Shown here: positions 48,041-57,753 of the stretch, piece after piece | Numbering within the stretch: the stretch's first letter is position 1 | Layout of the letters: each line of letters opens with the position of its first letter | Source: an uncultured Candidatus Saccharibacteria bacterium | GTDB taxonomy: Bacteria; Patescibacteriota; Minisyncoccia; Phycocordibacterales; UBA9973 | Reading direction: 5' to 3' | Assembly (NCBI GenBank): GCA_964532495.1 | Contig: CAZHJZ010000003.1 | Span: 67,747-131,746 of the forward strand | Length of the DNA stretch: 64,000 bases | Position numbers and translations under genes: made by a program | The notes under the pieces: model-generated | Seen by the model: only the letters and a program-made list of their open reading frames with translations | Told to the model about the DNA's origin: nothing | Database searches by the model: none

Positions 48041-48646
48041 ATGCTATTATACAAGGAATTTTCAAACCCTATAAAAAAGCAATACGACATGACGACGCCA
48101 CAAAAACAGAAACACACGCAACCAGAGGGTGCGTTATTTAAAAACATTATTTTCACCCACTGTACCGATTCAGGCGTTTTTAAGCCTGCAGAAGTTTTTT
48201 TGAAAGATTTGTTTGAAGGTGAAATACCTCCAAATATTTTCCTATCAAACAACGTAGAAGCAGGTGTAAAGATTTTGGAATCAACAACGCACACTAGTCT
48301 GGTTATCTGTTCAGGCAAAACATCTTGGAACGGGAATAGCCTTATGGCTCGCGATTTTGCCGAGGCGATAAAAAACGAACATCCACAAACATTCATGGTT
48401 GCGTATTCGCAATCTACCGAACACAAATCTAATACGAAGGCTTTGGATGCGTTTATTCAAAGAGGAGCGTTAAGTAGTTCGAAGGATTATAAAGCAACAA
48501 GAAAACATAATCATCAAACTTGGTATGACATTTACTTCGGCGAATATCGCATAGCGCAATTTATCCATGCGGCTTGGTATTGCACTACACCGGAAGAAGT
48601 TCAGAAACTTTTTTCTGACGAAGATAAATTGTTTACAGGCGCATAG
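48041..48646 (+). CDS. hypothetical protein
   Basis: 201-aa ORF between the two ComEC-related genes. Confidence 0.3.
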   Translation: MLLYKEFSNPIKKQYDMTTPQKQKHTQPEGALFKNIIFTHCTDSGVFKPAEVFLKDLFEGEIPPNIFLSNNVEAGVKILESTTHTSLVICSGKTSWNGNSLMARDFAEAIKNEHPQTFMVAYSQSTEHKSNTKALDAFIQRGALSSSKDYKATRKHNHQTWYDIYFGEYRIAQFIHAAWYCTTPEEVQKLFSDEDKLFTGA

Positions 48647-48679
48647 CAGCTAATTACTATTTTGATTTAAAAAACAAAA

Positions 48680-48716
48680 CAGCACTCAGGTTTATCCGAG
48701 CGCTGTTTTTTTATTT
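48680..48716. terminator. terminator of sodA (bidirectional)
   Basis: aacagcactcagg-tttatcc-gagcgctgtt; both mismatches become G-U on the minus transcript; loop resembles the clpP terminator. Confidence 0.6.
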
Positions 48717-48722
48717 TCTATT

Positions 48723-49316
48723 TTATCGGGCTTTCTTGAAATTTTCTTCAATCGTTTCCCAGTTGAGATTTTCGAAGAATGCTTCAATATATTTTTTCTT
48801 GTCTCCGGGAGTGTAATCCATGAGATATGAGTGTTCCCACATATCGAGCATAAGCACTGGCTGAAGTCCGGTGAGATGTCCGAGGTGCTGCTCGTCTACC
48901 CAGCTGTGTGTCAGCTGCTCTGTATTTCTGTCCCATCCAATGATAGCCCATCCAATACCGCGAGTGAGCGCCATCGCTTTAAATCCCGCAAGCCACATAT
49001 CGAACGAAGGTGCTTGTTTTTCGATAGCCGCTTTGAGCGTTGAATTTTCTGGAAGTGAGGCCGCACCGCCTTCAAGGGAATGGAAATAGTATTCATGATT
49101 TCGCATGCCGCAAAATTCGAAGGCGAATCTTCGCTGGAGTTCGCCGATCACGTAAGCATTTTTTTCAGAATCTGCCATGAGTTCGCCGATTTTTTCCAAA
49201 ACAAGGTTAGCGTTTTTTACGTATCCTTGATAGAGCTTGATGTGCTCTTCTATTGTTTTTGCAGAGATGCCTTTGAGTTCAGGTACTGAGAATTCGTGTG
49301 GGGTGTATGGTTTCAT
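48723..49316 (-). CDS. sodA: Fe/Mn superoxide dismutase
   Basis: HH..HH N-domain, DMWEHSY C-terminal metal-ligand motif. Confidence 0.85.
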   Translation of the reverse strand: MKPYTPHEFSVPELKGISAKTIEEHIKLYQGYVKNANLVLEKIGELMADSEKNAYVIGELQRRFAFEFCGMRNHEYYFHSLEGGAASLPENSTLKAAIEKQAPSFDMWLAGFKAMALTRGIGWAIIGWDRNTEQLTHSWVDEQHLGHLTGLQPVLMLDMWEHSYLMDYTPGDKKKYIEAFFENLNWETIEENFKKAR

Positions 49317-49360
49317 AGTATTTTTATCAATTATTGATACTGATTTAGTATACTCTCATT

Positions 49361-50236
49361 GTGATAAAGATGCGAAAACTTCCATTGTATGCGCTTGCCA
49401 TGGTGGCAATAGTGGTTTTTTGCTTATGGTATTACCTGCTTTCGCAAAAAAGCGGCACCGAGCTGCAAGTTTCGTTTCTTTCTATAGGCCAGGGTGACTC
49501 TACATATATACAGGCTCCAAACGGCAGGCAAATGCTTATTGACGGAGGACCGAGAGGTTCACTGGTTAAAGTTCTCAAGACTGAGATGCCTCCGGGCGAC
49601 ACTTCGATCGATGTTGTACTGCTAACACATCCTGATGCTGACCATTATGCTGGATTGGTGGATCTCCTTAATACATATAGTGTGGGAACGATTATTGAGT
49701 CGGGTAAAACCTCTACTGCCAAAACATATCAAGAATTAGAGAAGTTGATAGCTGAAAAGCGGATATCTAAGGTGATCGCTCGAACTGGCACCACTATTAC
49801 GCTCGATCAAGACAATATAGTGGTGTTTAAGGTGCTATTTCCTAGTGGTGATGTGAGCAATTTGCCGACAAACGACGCTTCAATTGTTGGGCGGCTGACG
49901 TACGGGGCAACTTCGGTGATGTTTACTGGTGATGCCCCAGTTGCTACAGAGAAAATCCTCATTGCCGGTCAAAAACCGGAAGATTTGGCCAGTACTATCC
50001 TCAAAGTTGGCCATCACGGCTCGCGGACATCATCGAGCAGCGCTTTTTTAAAGATTGTGCAGCCCGAGTATGCCATCATTTCTGCCGGCAAAGGCAACCG
50101 CTATGGCCATCCCCATCAAGAAGTCGTTGATCTTTTAAAAAGTTTGGGAATTACTGTGCTGATTACCAAAGATGAAGGAACGATTACCTTTTTTAGTGAT
50201 GGAATTATATTTAGACATAAAGAATCTTCAAAATAA
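49361..50236 (+). CDS. free-standing ComEC-C-terminal-type MBL-fold hydrolase
   Basis: N-terminal TM anchor; LLTHPDADHYAG (HxHxDH), VGHHGS, GHPHQE motifs typical of the ComEC lactamase domain. Confidence 0.65.
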   Translation: MIKMRKLPLYALAMVAIVVFCLWYYLLSQKSGTELQVSFLSIGQGDSTYIQAPNGRQMLIDGGPRGSLVKVLKTEMPPGDTSIDVVLLTHPDADHYAGLVDLLNTYSVGTIIESGKTSTAKTYQELEKLIAEKRISKVIARTGTTITLDQDNIVVFKVLFPSGDVSNLPTNDASIVGRLTYGATSVMFTGDAPVATEKILIAGQKPEDLASTILKVGHHGSRTSSSSAFLKIVQPEYAIISAGKGNRYGHPHQEVVDLLKSLGITVLITKDEGTITFFSDGIIFRHKESSK

Positions 50237-50337
50237 GAGTTTTCCCCAAGAATATTTTATTTCCGTATCCTTCATGGTGCGAGAAGCGTATACTTAGTTG
50301 TATTAATAGCAGTAATTAGTAGAGAGAATTAAGTTAC

Positions 50338-52995
50338 ATGAAAAAATATATATTGGGGCTTATGCTCGCTTTAACCATCACTGGTTACGCAGCACAGGCG
50401 CACGCTGTATCGTTTGACGATCTTCTGCAAGAGATCAACAATCTAAAACAGCAGGTTTCTAATCTTCGAGGAGAACTCGGGGCGGCAGTTTATCGGGCAA
50501 CAGCAATTTCAGCTCAGCCAAAAGCAATGTCGGCGATAAGTACAAATGTAACAGCAGCAATTGCTACACCAGTTGATTTATATGCCCCAGGACTGACGTA
50601 TCGATATGTGGATGGCGGATGTCAGGCATATGACGGTAACGCATGGGTTGGGACTGTAACTTCTACAAATAGAACATGTGGAGCTATCGTCGTACCTACT
50701 CAAGTTTCAGCTAAGGCCGCTTTAGATGCTAAAGCCGGTCTTAATATCGGAGATATGGGGGAGACAACTTCAAATCAGCCAGGAACAACAGTACAATCAA
50801 ATGAACCTACAAAGCCTGAAGTTCCTACTTCATACATTGTAAGCCAACAGCCAACAGTCGTTGCTGCTCCAGCTGTGACTGTATCTTTTACGCACAACCT
50901 TACAATTGGTGAGCGAGGAGCTGAAGTTAAAAAACTCCAGGACGAGCTTGTTAGAAAGGGTTATCTTACATCTGATAACGCAACTAGCTTCTACGGCAAA
51001 GCAACTGCTGCTGCAGTCATGTCTTTCCAGCGAGCAAATGGCATCAATGATGACGGAACAGTTGTTGGTCCAAAGACACAGATGCTTCTCAATGGCGGCG
51101 TAAGCGCCCAGGCACAGACTCCATCAGGAACTGGAACTCCTGCATCAAGCATTTTGCCACCCGGCTGTACTTCATTCGTTGGATATAGCACGTTTAACGG
51201 ACAGCCTTGCGGCGCAAATATTCAAGTTGCTCAGATAGGATGGGTTTGCCAGTTCAATCCAAATGCAGCTCCTAAGCTTAAAGTGACTTCCCCAGATGGA
51301 GGAGAAATATATACAGCTGGTCAGCCGATCACTGTTACTTGGAAAACATGCAACATTCCTTCATCAGCATATGTTGATATTTTCCTGACTTTCCCAGGTA
51401 TTAACCAAGGAGTGAATCTTACTCACACACTCAATGACGGATCACAAGTAGTGACGTTGCCTTCAACCTCAACTTGGGGACAGATGGTGTATGGTCAGAA
51501 CTACAAGATAACAATTGTCGGGGCAGCAACTGATGCATCGGATAATTTGTTTACGATCAATGCCCCAGTTCAGACCATTGCAGTGCTTTCTGTAGCTAAA
51601 AATACTGCGTACGCAAACCAGACGCAGAGTCCTAACACAGCAGGTGTTAAGATCGGGTCATATGTGCTTCAGAACAACAGCACAACTGAAAGCTTCCGCA
51701 TAACTTCATTTGGTGTCGGTATCAGCGGTACTGCTCCACTTTCAGATCTTTCAAACCTCCGTACTTCAGAAACCTCAGGTTCAGGCTCAGTGCCAATCGT
51801 TCCTCAGGCTTCAAACAATTTCGCAGTTAACTTTATTCTTGCTCCAGGAGCATCAAAGATTGTCGACATTTTTGCTGATACAGGATCAGCAAGCGGCGTA
51901 AATGTTGTTACGACACTTTCTGTTACTGGTGTTAGTATGGTAAACAATGTAACTTTGATTCCTGCTGCAACTGGTCAAACAATTACTTTGGCGGCAGGAA
52001 CGCTTATGACTCCTACTCTCATTGTTTCTTCCTCGACTCAGTCACAGTACATTGCTGCTGGTGGTACTGGCGCAACAGACGCAACACGAGCAACATATAA
52101 CCTTACTTCATCAGGCGGATCGGTAACTATTTCTGATCTCAAATTTACTATCTCTGGTTCAGCAGTTAATCCAGTTACTAGTATTAAAGTGAATGGTAGT
52201 TCTGCACCAGTTGTCGCTAATGTTGCTTGGCTCACTGGCCTCAACATTGCTGTTCCGAACGGAGGGGCAGGGACAAATGTAGATGTTTTGGTAAGCTATG
52301 CTCCAGTCGGAACAAATGGAGTTCCATCAAACACTACTGCAGCTATTAGCCTGACATATGTTAAATACAATTCAGGCGGAGTAGTTTCAGTTATGACTCC
52401 TACAATTCCAGCTCCAACTATGACATTGGTTGGATCAAAGCCTACTGTTAGTGTAAACACTGCAGTAACTTCCGGTTTACTCCTAGGTGCTGAAAATAAA
52501 ATTGGCCAAGTTACTCTCACCGCAGATCCAAAAGGAAACATAAAGATAAACGATCTAGCGTTTACCTACAATCTTGCCAACTTCAATTCATTGGCGATCT
52601 CAAATGTTCGAATTGCTGATGGCCTAACCACAGTGCAAGGCACTAGTTGCGGAATCTCTGATGTAACTGATGCAATTTTCTGTGAGTTTGCCATGACAGG
52701 AAACACAATGTCTTCGGGAAATAACAGCTTTAATACCGAATCAAATTTCGATTTTGACGGGTATACAATTGCAGCTGGTACATCGAAAACATTTAACTTG
52801 TACGCGACATTGGTTGGTACATCAAACGGATATGGAATTGTTTCTACCTCATTAAATCGATATGGATTTAATTGGGATGATACTGCAACAGCATCATTTG
52901 TTGGTGACAACATTTCTGCTACTGGCAGCGGTACGAATTTGGGAGCTCAGTTAATCTATAATTTCCCAACTGGCTCGTACTCAATTAGACAGTAA
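50338..52995 (+). CDS. large secreted protein with PG_binding_1 domain (885 aa)
   Basis: Signal peptide; conserved post-signal module VSFDDLLQEINNLKQQVSNLRGELGAAV; PG-binding domain GERGAEVKKLQDELVRKGYL...DGTVVGPKTQ; T/S/G/N-rich remainder. Confidence 0.55.
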   Translation: MKKYILGLMLALTITGYAAQAHAVSFDDLLQEINNLKQQVSNLRGELGAAVYRATAISAQPKAMSAISTNVTAAIATPVDLYAPGLTYRYVDGGCQAYDGNAWVGTVTSTNRTCGAIVVPTQVSAKAALDAKAGLNIGDMGETTSNQPGTTVQSNEPTKPEVPTSYIVSQQPTVVAAPAVTVSFTHNLTIGERGAEVKKLQDELVRKGYLTSDNATSFYGKATAAAVMSFQRANGINDDGTVVGPKTQMLLNGGVSAQAQTPSGTGTPASSILPPGCTSFVGYSTFNGQPCGANIQVAQIGWVCQFNPNAAPKLKVTSPDGGEIYTAGQPITVTWKTCNIPSSAYVDIFLTFPGINQGVNLTHTLNDGSQVVTLPSTSTWGQMVYGQNYKITIVGAATDASDNLFTINAPVQTIAVLSVAKNTAYANQTQSPNTAGVKIGSYVLQNNSTTESFRITSFGVGISGTAPLSDLSNLRTSETSGSGSVPIVPQASNNFAVNFILAPGASKIVDIFADTGSASGVNVVTTLSVTGVSMVNNVTLIPAATGQTITLAAGTLMTPTLIVSSSTQSQYIAAGGTGATDATRATYNLTSSGGSVTISDLKFTISGSAVNPVTSIKVNGSSAPVVANVAWLTGLNIAVPNGGAGTNVDVLVSYAPVGTNGVPSNTTAAISLTYVKYNSGGVVSVMTPTIPAPTMTLVGSKPTVSVNTAVTSGLLLGAENKIGQVTLTADPKGNIKINDLAFTYNLANFNSLAISNVRIADGLTTVQGTSCGISDVTDAIFCEFAMTGNTMSSGNNSFNTESNFDFDGYTIAAGTSKTFNLYATLVGTSNGYGIVSTSLNRYGFNWDDTATASFVGDNISATGSGTNLGAQLIYNFPTGSYSIRQ

Positions 52996-53081
52996 GAAAC
53001 AGGTCTGAAAGACGAGAACTAAAAACACAGAGCGACGCCTGCGGCGTCGCTCTGTGTTTTATTATATCTATACTTTATTTT

Positions 53082-54884
53082 TTAAATGCAGCTATGATTC
53101 CAAATCGTAGTCGGTACTACCGGAGTCTGCATCTGTCCCGGCGGCGGTGTCGTTTCGAGCATGAAGATCATGTCATAGTTTACGAGCTGTTTTTCTTGAG
53201 AATGGCTGGCATTCCATTGTCGGCACAAAAACTTGCCATACCCAAGCCGATACTCTGAGAAATCGCGTCCCCACAGATTCATGAGATATTTCTGCCAACG
53301 CTGGTTCTTGTACATGTATGCGACCCATTCTGGTTTTGCGTACGATACTCCTTCTTTTCCTGAGAAGACATCTACTGCAGTACCATCGGCCAATTTTCCT
53401 GGGAAGACGTACCATCCATCTTCGGTGAGCGGCGTAGGCGCAAACATATTGAATTTTTGATCAAGGTGAGTGAACCAGCCGATACCGAGAAGTTGCGGCG
53501 GAATGATCTGCTTGCTGTTTCCAAGCGTATCAAGATTCCATGCTACTACGTAGAAGGTCAAAAAAATGACGACTAGTGTGACAATTGTTATGCCAGCCTT
53601 TTTCAACCCAGTTGGTTCTTCTTCGGTTGGTTCTGGAATGCATACTTGTTTTCGTTTATGCGAAAGATACGCATACAATTTTTCTCCGAAGAAATTCATA
53701 AACGGAAGACTAAGTATTGGAGCTGTCCAAAAAAAGATTGGTGAATGTCGAACGAGCGCCACCGCTACGCCCCAGCTTGTGTGTGTTGAGCCTTTTTCGT
53801 CGGTAATAACCCAAGAATTCTTTTTCATCATGTATGCCTCAATCGCAGGATCGGTGTGGGCGGGTTTAATTTCAGTTTCTGGATGAAGTAATAATACTCG
53901 CTTCATGAAGAAGCTTGTCTTGTAGCAAAAGCTGCACTCAAAATCATAATACACAGTAAGCCCTTTTTTGCCTTTGGATGCGATCCAACCGGTAAAGCGA
54001 TTCCACCCATCATTCCAAAAACCAGAGGGTAGTAGTCCGAGTGTCACGACAACAGCTATTGCACCGAAGAGACCAAGACGCATGGAGCTATTGAATCCAA
54101 TTTGCAAACAAGCGAATACAAAGATGCCGAATGTTCGGAAAAATCCTGTTGCAACTGGAGAAAAGAAAAGAAGTACTCCATACATTTCTATATACCAGGT
54201 AACATGGGTGAGTACACTCATTGTTCCTGGGAATTCTCGAAGGATCATTCCGACTGGAGCGATTAGCTGATCAACATTGAGCGCGTAGTAGACAGCAGTG
54301 CCATCATGCCAAGCAGTACCAGTTTTTAATAGTCCGGTAAATACATAGAGCAAGCAGATCTGTATTATGTACGCGACTGTAGCCGCAGAGAAAACCGTTT
54401 CCTTGGTTGGCTGGGGAACGCGATTGAACAACCGATCAAGCGACCATACGCGCCCAAGCGGGAGAAACATCATCCAGAAAAGAACAGAACGGAATAGCAC
54501 ATCTCCTCCTTGAAGTACCATTGGGTTTCGGACATGAAGGGAAATAAGAAGGAACCATGAGACAATCATTGCGAGGCGTGTTCGGTATCCAAAAATCAGC
54601 ATAAGGGCGAAGATGCCGGCAATAACGAAAAGCAATGCTTCAAAACCTGTCAGGCCGCTTGCCATATGAATCGAGATCCACCATTTATTTTCCCAGAGGC
54701 GCAAGAGATCTACTCGAGGCAGCACGCCGGCATCTGAGTAAAATGTTCGCAGATCAAATGACCGCTGAATCAGATCAAGAATAATAATGATTCCAGTTCC
54801 GATTCGAAGGACGGCGAGGGAACGATAGTCTAAGGAGAACCATTCTCGAACTTTGCTGATAATCAGGTACGCAATGTTTTTCAT
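53082..54884 (-). CDS. HTTM (gamma-carboxylase-like) membrane domain fused to DCC/DUF393 thiol-disulfide oxidoreductase domain
   Basis: HTTM N-terminus LAVLRIGTGIIIILDLIQRSFDLRTFYSDAGVLP..., multi-TM; DCC motif TVYYDFECSFCYKTSFFMKRV (CxxC); ~200-aa C-terminal extension. Confidence 0.7.
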   Translation of the reverse strand: MKNIAYLIISKVREWFSLDYRSLAVLRIGTGIIIILDLIQRSFDLRTFYSDAGVLPRVDLLRLWENKWWISIHMASGLTGFEALLFVIAGIFALMLIFGYRTRLAMIVSWFLLISLHVRNPMVLQGGDVLFRSVLFWMMFLPLGRVWSLDRLFNRVPQPTKETVFSAATVAYIIQICLLYVFTGLLKTGTAWHDGTAVYYALNVDQLIAPVGMILREFPGTMSVLTHVTWYIEMYGVLLFFSPVATGFFRTFGIFVFACLQIGFNSSMRLGLFGAIAVVVTLGLLPSGFWNDGWNRFTGWIASKGKKGLTVYYDFECSFCYKTSFFMKRVLLLHPETEIKPAHTDPAIEAYMMKKNSWVITDEKGSTHTSWGVAVALVRHSPIFFWTAPILSLPFMNFFGEKLYAYLSHKRKQVCIPEPTEEEPTGLKKAGITIVTLVVIFLTFYVVAWNLDTLGNSKQIIPPQLLGIGWFTHLDQKFNMFAPTPLTEDGWYVFPGKLADGTAVDVFSGKEGVSYAKPEWVAYMYKNQRWQKYLMNLWGRDFSEYRLGYGKFLCRQWNASHSQEKQLVNYDMIFMLETTPPPGQMQTPVVPTTIWNHSCI

Positions 54885-54953
54885 ATGTGGAAGTATACCA
54901 AACTGTGCATTACTCTAATAGCAGGGTAATTGCCTCGGTGATACAATATATAC

Positions 54954-55541
54954 ATGCAACAGCAAAACACGGTAACAAATTTCCTTTTGGGAATTATCGC
55001 GATCGCATTAGTATTAATTGTGATTTTTTTATTCGTACAAAAGAAGCCTGTAGTTCAGATGCAGAATCAGGATATGTATGGACAGCGGCCAGAGGTTCCT
55101 TTGAACAATCAAAATACTGGAACAATGCAGAATACAACAGGAACACAGGCTAACAGTCCGATTGTTTCTGTAAACAGCTCACAAAGCCAAACGTATCCGA
55201 TAACAGCTATTGCAACAAATAGCGATGATCCTCACATAGCAGGTGCTATCCCTGGTTCAAATGAACCGGCAAATTTTAACGGGCACTATAATGTAGTATT
55301 TATTGGCTGCGGATCAGGATGTGCGAATCCTGCGTTATATGACAGAACAAGCCGTACAATGTACAACTTCCCAGCAGCAATGCTGAGCGGAGCTCTTGCG
55401 GATAATGGCGCTATGGCAGATATTCCTTGGATGAGTTATGACGTAGCAAGTCCTGCTATCAGTCTTAAGAAAAAGAATTCAGCTGGAGCTTTATATATTG
55501 AGCAGTGGAAAATGGTAGGTAGTGGTTTTGTTAAACAATAA
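54954..55541 (+). CDS. membrane-anchored/secreted hypothetical protein
   Basis: TM anchor FLLGIIAIALVLIVIFLFV, Gln/Asn/Thr-rich linker, Cys pair GCGSGC. Confidence 0.4.
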   Translation: MQQQNTVTNFLLGIIAIALVLIVIFLFVQKKPVVQMQNQDMYGQRPEVPLNNQNTGTMQNTTGTQANSPIVSVNSSQSQTYPITAIATNSDDPHIAGAIPGSNEPANFNGHYNVVFIGCGSGCANPALYDRTSRTMYNFPAAMLSGALADNGAMADIPWMSYDVASPAISLKKKNSAGALYIEQWKMVGSGFVKQ

Positions 55542-55562
55542 GAAGGTTACGTGTAATTAATA

Positions 55563-55598
55563 CAAAGAGCGCGCGGGCTTCGCCCGCGCGCTCTTTGT
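55563..55598 (+). terminator. rho-independent terminator
   Basis: aaagagcgcgcgggc-ttcg-cccgcgcgctcttt. Confidence 0.85.
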
Positions 55599-55604
55599 AT
55601 TTCA

Positions 55605-55633
55605 TTGCTAATCCACCTAAGCTATGGGATACT
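55605..55633 (+). promoter_or_regulatory. conserved promoter (TTGCTA-17-GATACT), copy 1 of 3
   Basis: Same -35/-10 hexamers and 17-bp spacing as at 57717 and 59687; ATG start ~9 nt after the -10. Confidence 0.55.
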
Positions 55634-55641
55634 TTTCTCAT

Positions 55642-57690
55642 ATGAAACCATCATTTGCATTGCTAACTCTTTCAGTTGTAGCACTCGGCTTTCTTAGCAT
55701 CGCTCCCATTCATGACTTGAAAACTATTGGTCAAAACAGTCCCGCTGCAGTTCTCGCAGGCTTGCGTGCAGCTACAGACCGTACAATATATACTCCGAAG
55801 ACAATGGAAGGGGTTCTCGAGGTTACTCACTTCGATGACTTCAATTCAGGAGAAAATACTCCTGTCGTCGATCTTGTCACCAAAACAGGCACAGTCCATG
55901 TAGATATTGGAACAATTGATCATGATCAATTACCTGTTTCTGGTTCGACGGTCCGTATCAATGGCAGTTATGGAAACAATACGCTTAAGATTTCCGAGCT
56001 CGCTTCAGTAACTGAATTGAAAAGTGCACCTCAGACGCCAGGAGCAACATTGACTGGAAGCCGTTCTAATCCTACTCCGAAAAAAATATCAATCGTCCTA
56101 TTTAACTACAGCAACGATCCAGGCCAGCCGTTTACCAAGGAAGACGTCCGTAAGACATATTTCGAACCGAATGCAGACTCAGGCATCACCATGTCAGAGT
56201 TCTTGAAAAAATCTACGTATGACCAAATGTCGCTAGAAGGAAAGACATCCGTGAATGGAACGACTGATGTCTGGGGATGGTATACACTTCCAATAACTAG
56301 AACTCATTGTGATTCAGCGCCAGAACTAGTAACAAACGGCCATCGCGCGATCGCTATGGCAGTGCAAGCTGGTATGCAAGTTGGTCCTGATGATATTGTC
56401 GCCGTAGGAACATTTCCATATAGTGGCTGTACTACTGGCGGAGTTGTGTCAGTAGGCAATGCCGGGACTGCTCAGTATCGATCTATACATATGTCCAATA
56501 TGCTTGCATGGGGAGGAGCATTGCATGAGCTTGCTCATATTTCAAAAATTATTCCAGCTACGAGTAGTTTTAATACATCGAATTTTTTACAGCATTCAAA
56601 CGCGTTTGAATGTGTACTTGCTGGTGTTACTGTACCGTATGATACACAAGGTTCAACCTGTGCTATACATGAGTACGCTAGTCCATTTAGTATTCTGGGT
56701 GGATATACTTCTGGAGCCATGCGGGCACGCCTTATGGATGGACAGAACAGAATTGAGGGAGGATATCTCGGAATAAGTAATATTGTCGGTGGTGGAGCGA
56801 CAGGAGGAACATATGATTTAACGAAAGTTAATTACACCGATGCACAGATTTTACGGATACCAATTTATGTACAGCCGATATATTTGAATGGGACGAGAAT
56901 ACATACAGGCCGATCTGCTTATATTGAAGTGGAACCGCGAGATTTTCTTCCATTTGAACAAGCCGCTGATACATTTCCTAACACTGATGTTGTACTTATT
57001 CGCTGGAAAAGAGGTAGTGACTTTTCCGCATTGCTGCGACCCAAGTTAAATAGCAGGTTGCTTGCCCCTGGTCAATCATTTTACATTCCAAGCCTCGGAA
57101 CTACGATAACAAACCAAGGAGCCACGCCCGGTAATAACCGCAAAGTTCGAGTAACTGCTACATATGATACTGGCTCAATAACAGAAATTGAGCCGCAAAA
57201 GATCACATTCGGGTCAATTACTCCACAAAAAACGACTATCCAATCTTCGGGATCATTTGCGCACCCAATGCTTGCAGGTACGATTACAGGAGAATGGGGA
57301 GATCTAGTAGTTTGGCCGCATGACCCTGTTCGAATTTTCCCAGTAGGAGGCAGTCAACCTCTCGACGCTGTTATTGCATCATCCATGAACGGCTGGTCAG
57401 CGCAAGGCATACCGACGGGAACAAATAATTTTAATTTGGACGTATTAGGTGCTTTACATATTAGCCCTACCAAGCTTGTTGGGCAGAGCCGTTCTATTTA
57501 TAAGATAATGGTGAATATTAATCCTTTTAGTTTTAACACTCTTGTACCTGATGTGCCCATCTATCTAATGTATGGAACATTTTCATTTCAAGAACTTACG
57601 AATCTGGGAGTAATAACGATGCCAACTCCAACGGCAGCACAAATCAATCTCACTGGTGCTACGCAGGCGACATTCCCACGACAAAAATAG
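55642..57690 (+). CDS. secreted protein with HExxH motif (putative zinc metallopeptidase)
   Basis: Signal peptide MKPSFALLTLSVVALGFLSIAP; LAWGGALHELAHI contains HExxH; start trimmed from ORF 55624 (MGYFSH extension is promoter DNA). Confidence 0.45.
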   Translation: MKPSFALLTLSVVALGFLSIAPIHDLKTIGQNSPAAVLAGLRAATDRTIYTPKTMEGVLEVTHFDDFNSGENTPVVDLVTKTGTVHVDIGTIDHDQLPVSGSTVRINGSYGNNTLKISELASVTELKSAPQTPGATLTGSRSNPTPKKISIVLFNYSNDPGQPFTKEDVRKTYFEPNADSGITMSEFLKKSTYDQMSLEGKTSVNGTTDVWGWYTLPITRTHCDSAPELVTNGHRAIAMAVQAGMQVGPDDIVAVGTFPYSGCTTGGVVSVGNAGTAQYRSIHMSNMLAWGGALHELAHISKIIPATSSFNTSNFLQHSNAFECVLAGVTVPYDTQGSTCAIHEYASPFSILGGYTSGAMRARLMDGQNRIEGGYLGISNIVGGGATGGTYDLTKVNYTDAQILRIPIYVQPIYLNGTRIHTGRSAYIEVEPRDFLPFEQAADTFPNTDVVLIRWKRGSDFSALLRPKLNSRLLAPGQSFYIPSLGTTITNQGATPGNNRKVRVTATYDTGSITEIEPQKITFGSITPQKTTIQSSGSFAHPMLAGTITGEWGDLVVWPHDPVRIFPVGGSQPLDAVIASSMNGWSAQGIPTGTNNFNLDVLGALHISPTKLVGQSRSIYKIMVNINPFSFNTLVPDVPIYLMYGTFSFQELTNLGVITMPTPTAAQINLTGATQATFPRQK

Positions 57691-57716
57691 ACTGTCTGTA
57701 TTGTGGACTACTTGAA

Positions 57717-57745
57717 TTGCTAACCCGTATCTCATATGGGATACT
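57717..57745 (+). promoter_or_regulatory. conserved promoter (TTGCTA-17-GATACT), copy 2 of 3
   Basis: ttgcta-acccgtatctcatatgg-gatact, then tttcactat ATG. Confidence 0.55.
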
Positions 57746-57753
57746 TTCACTAT

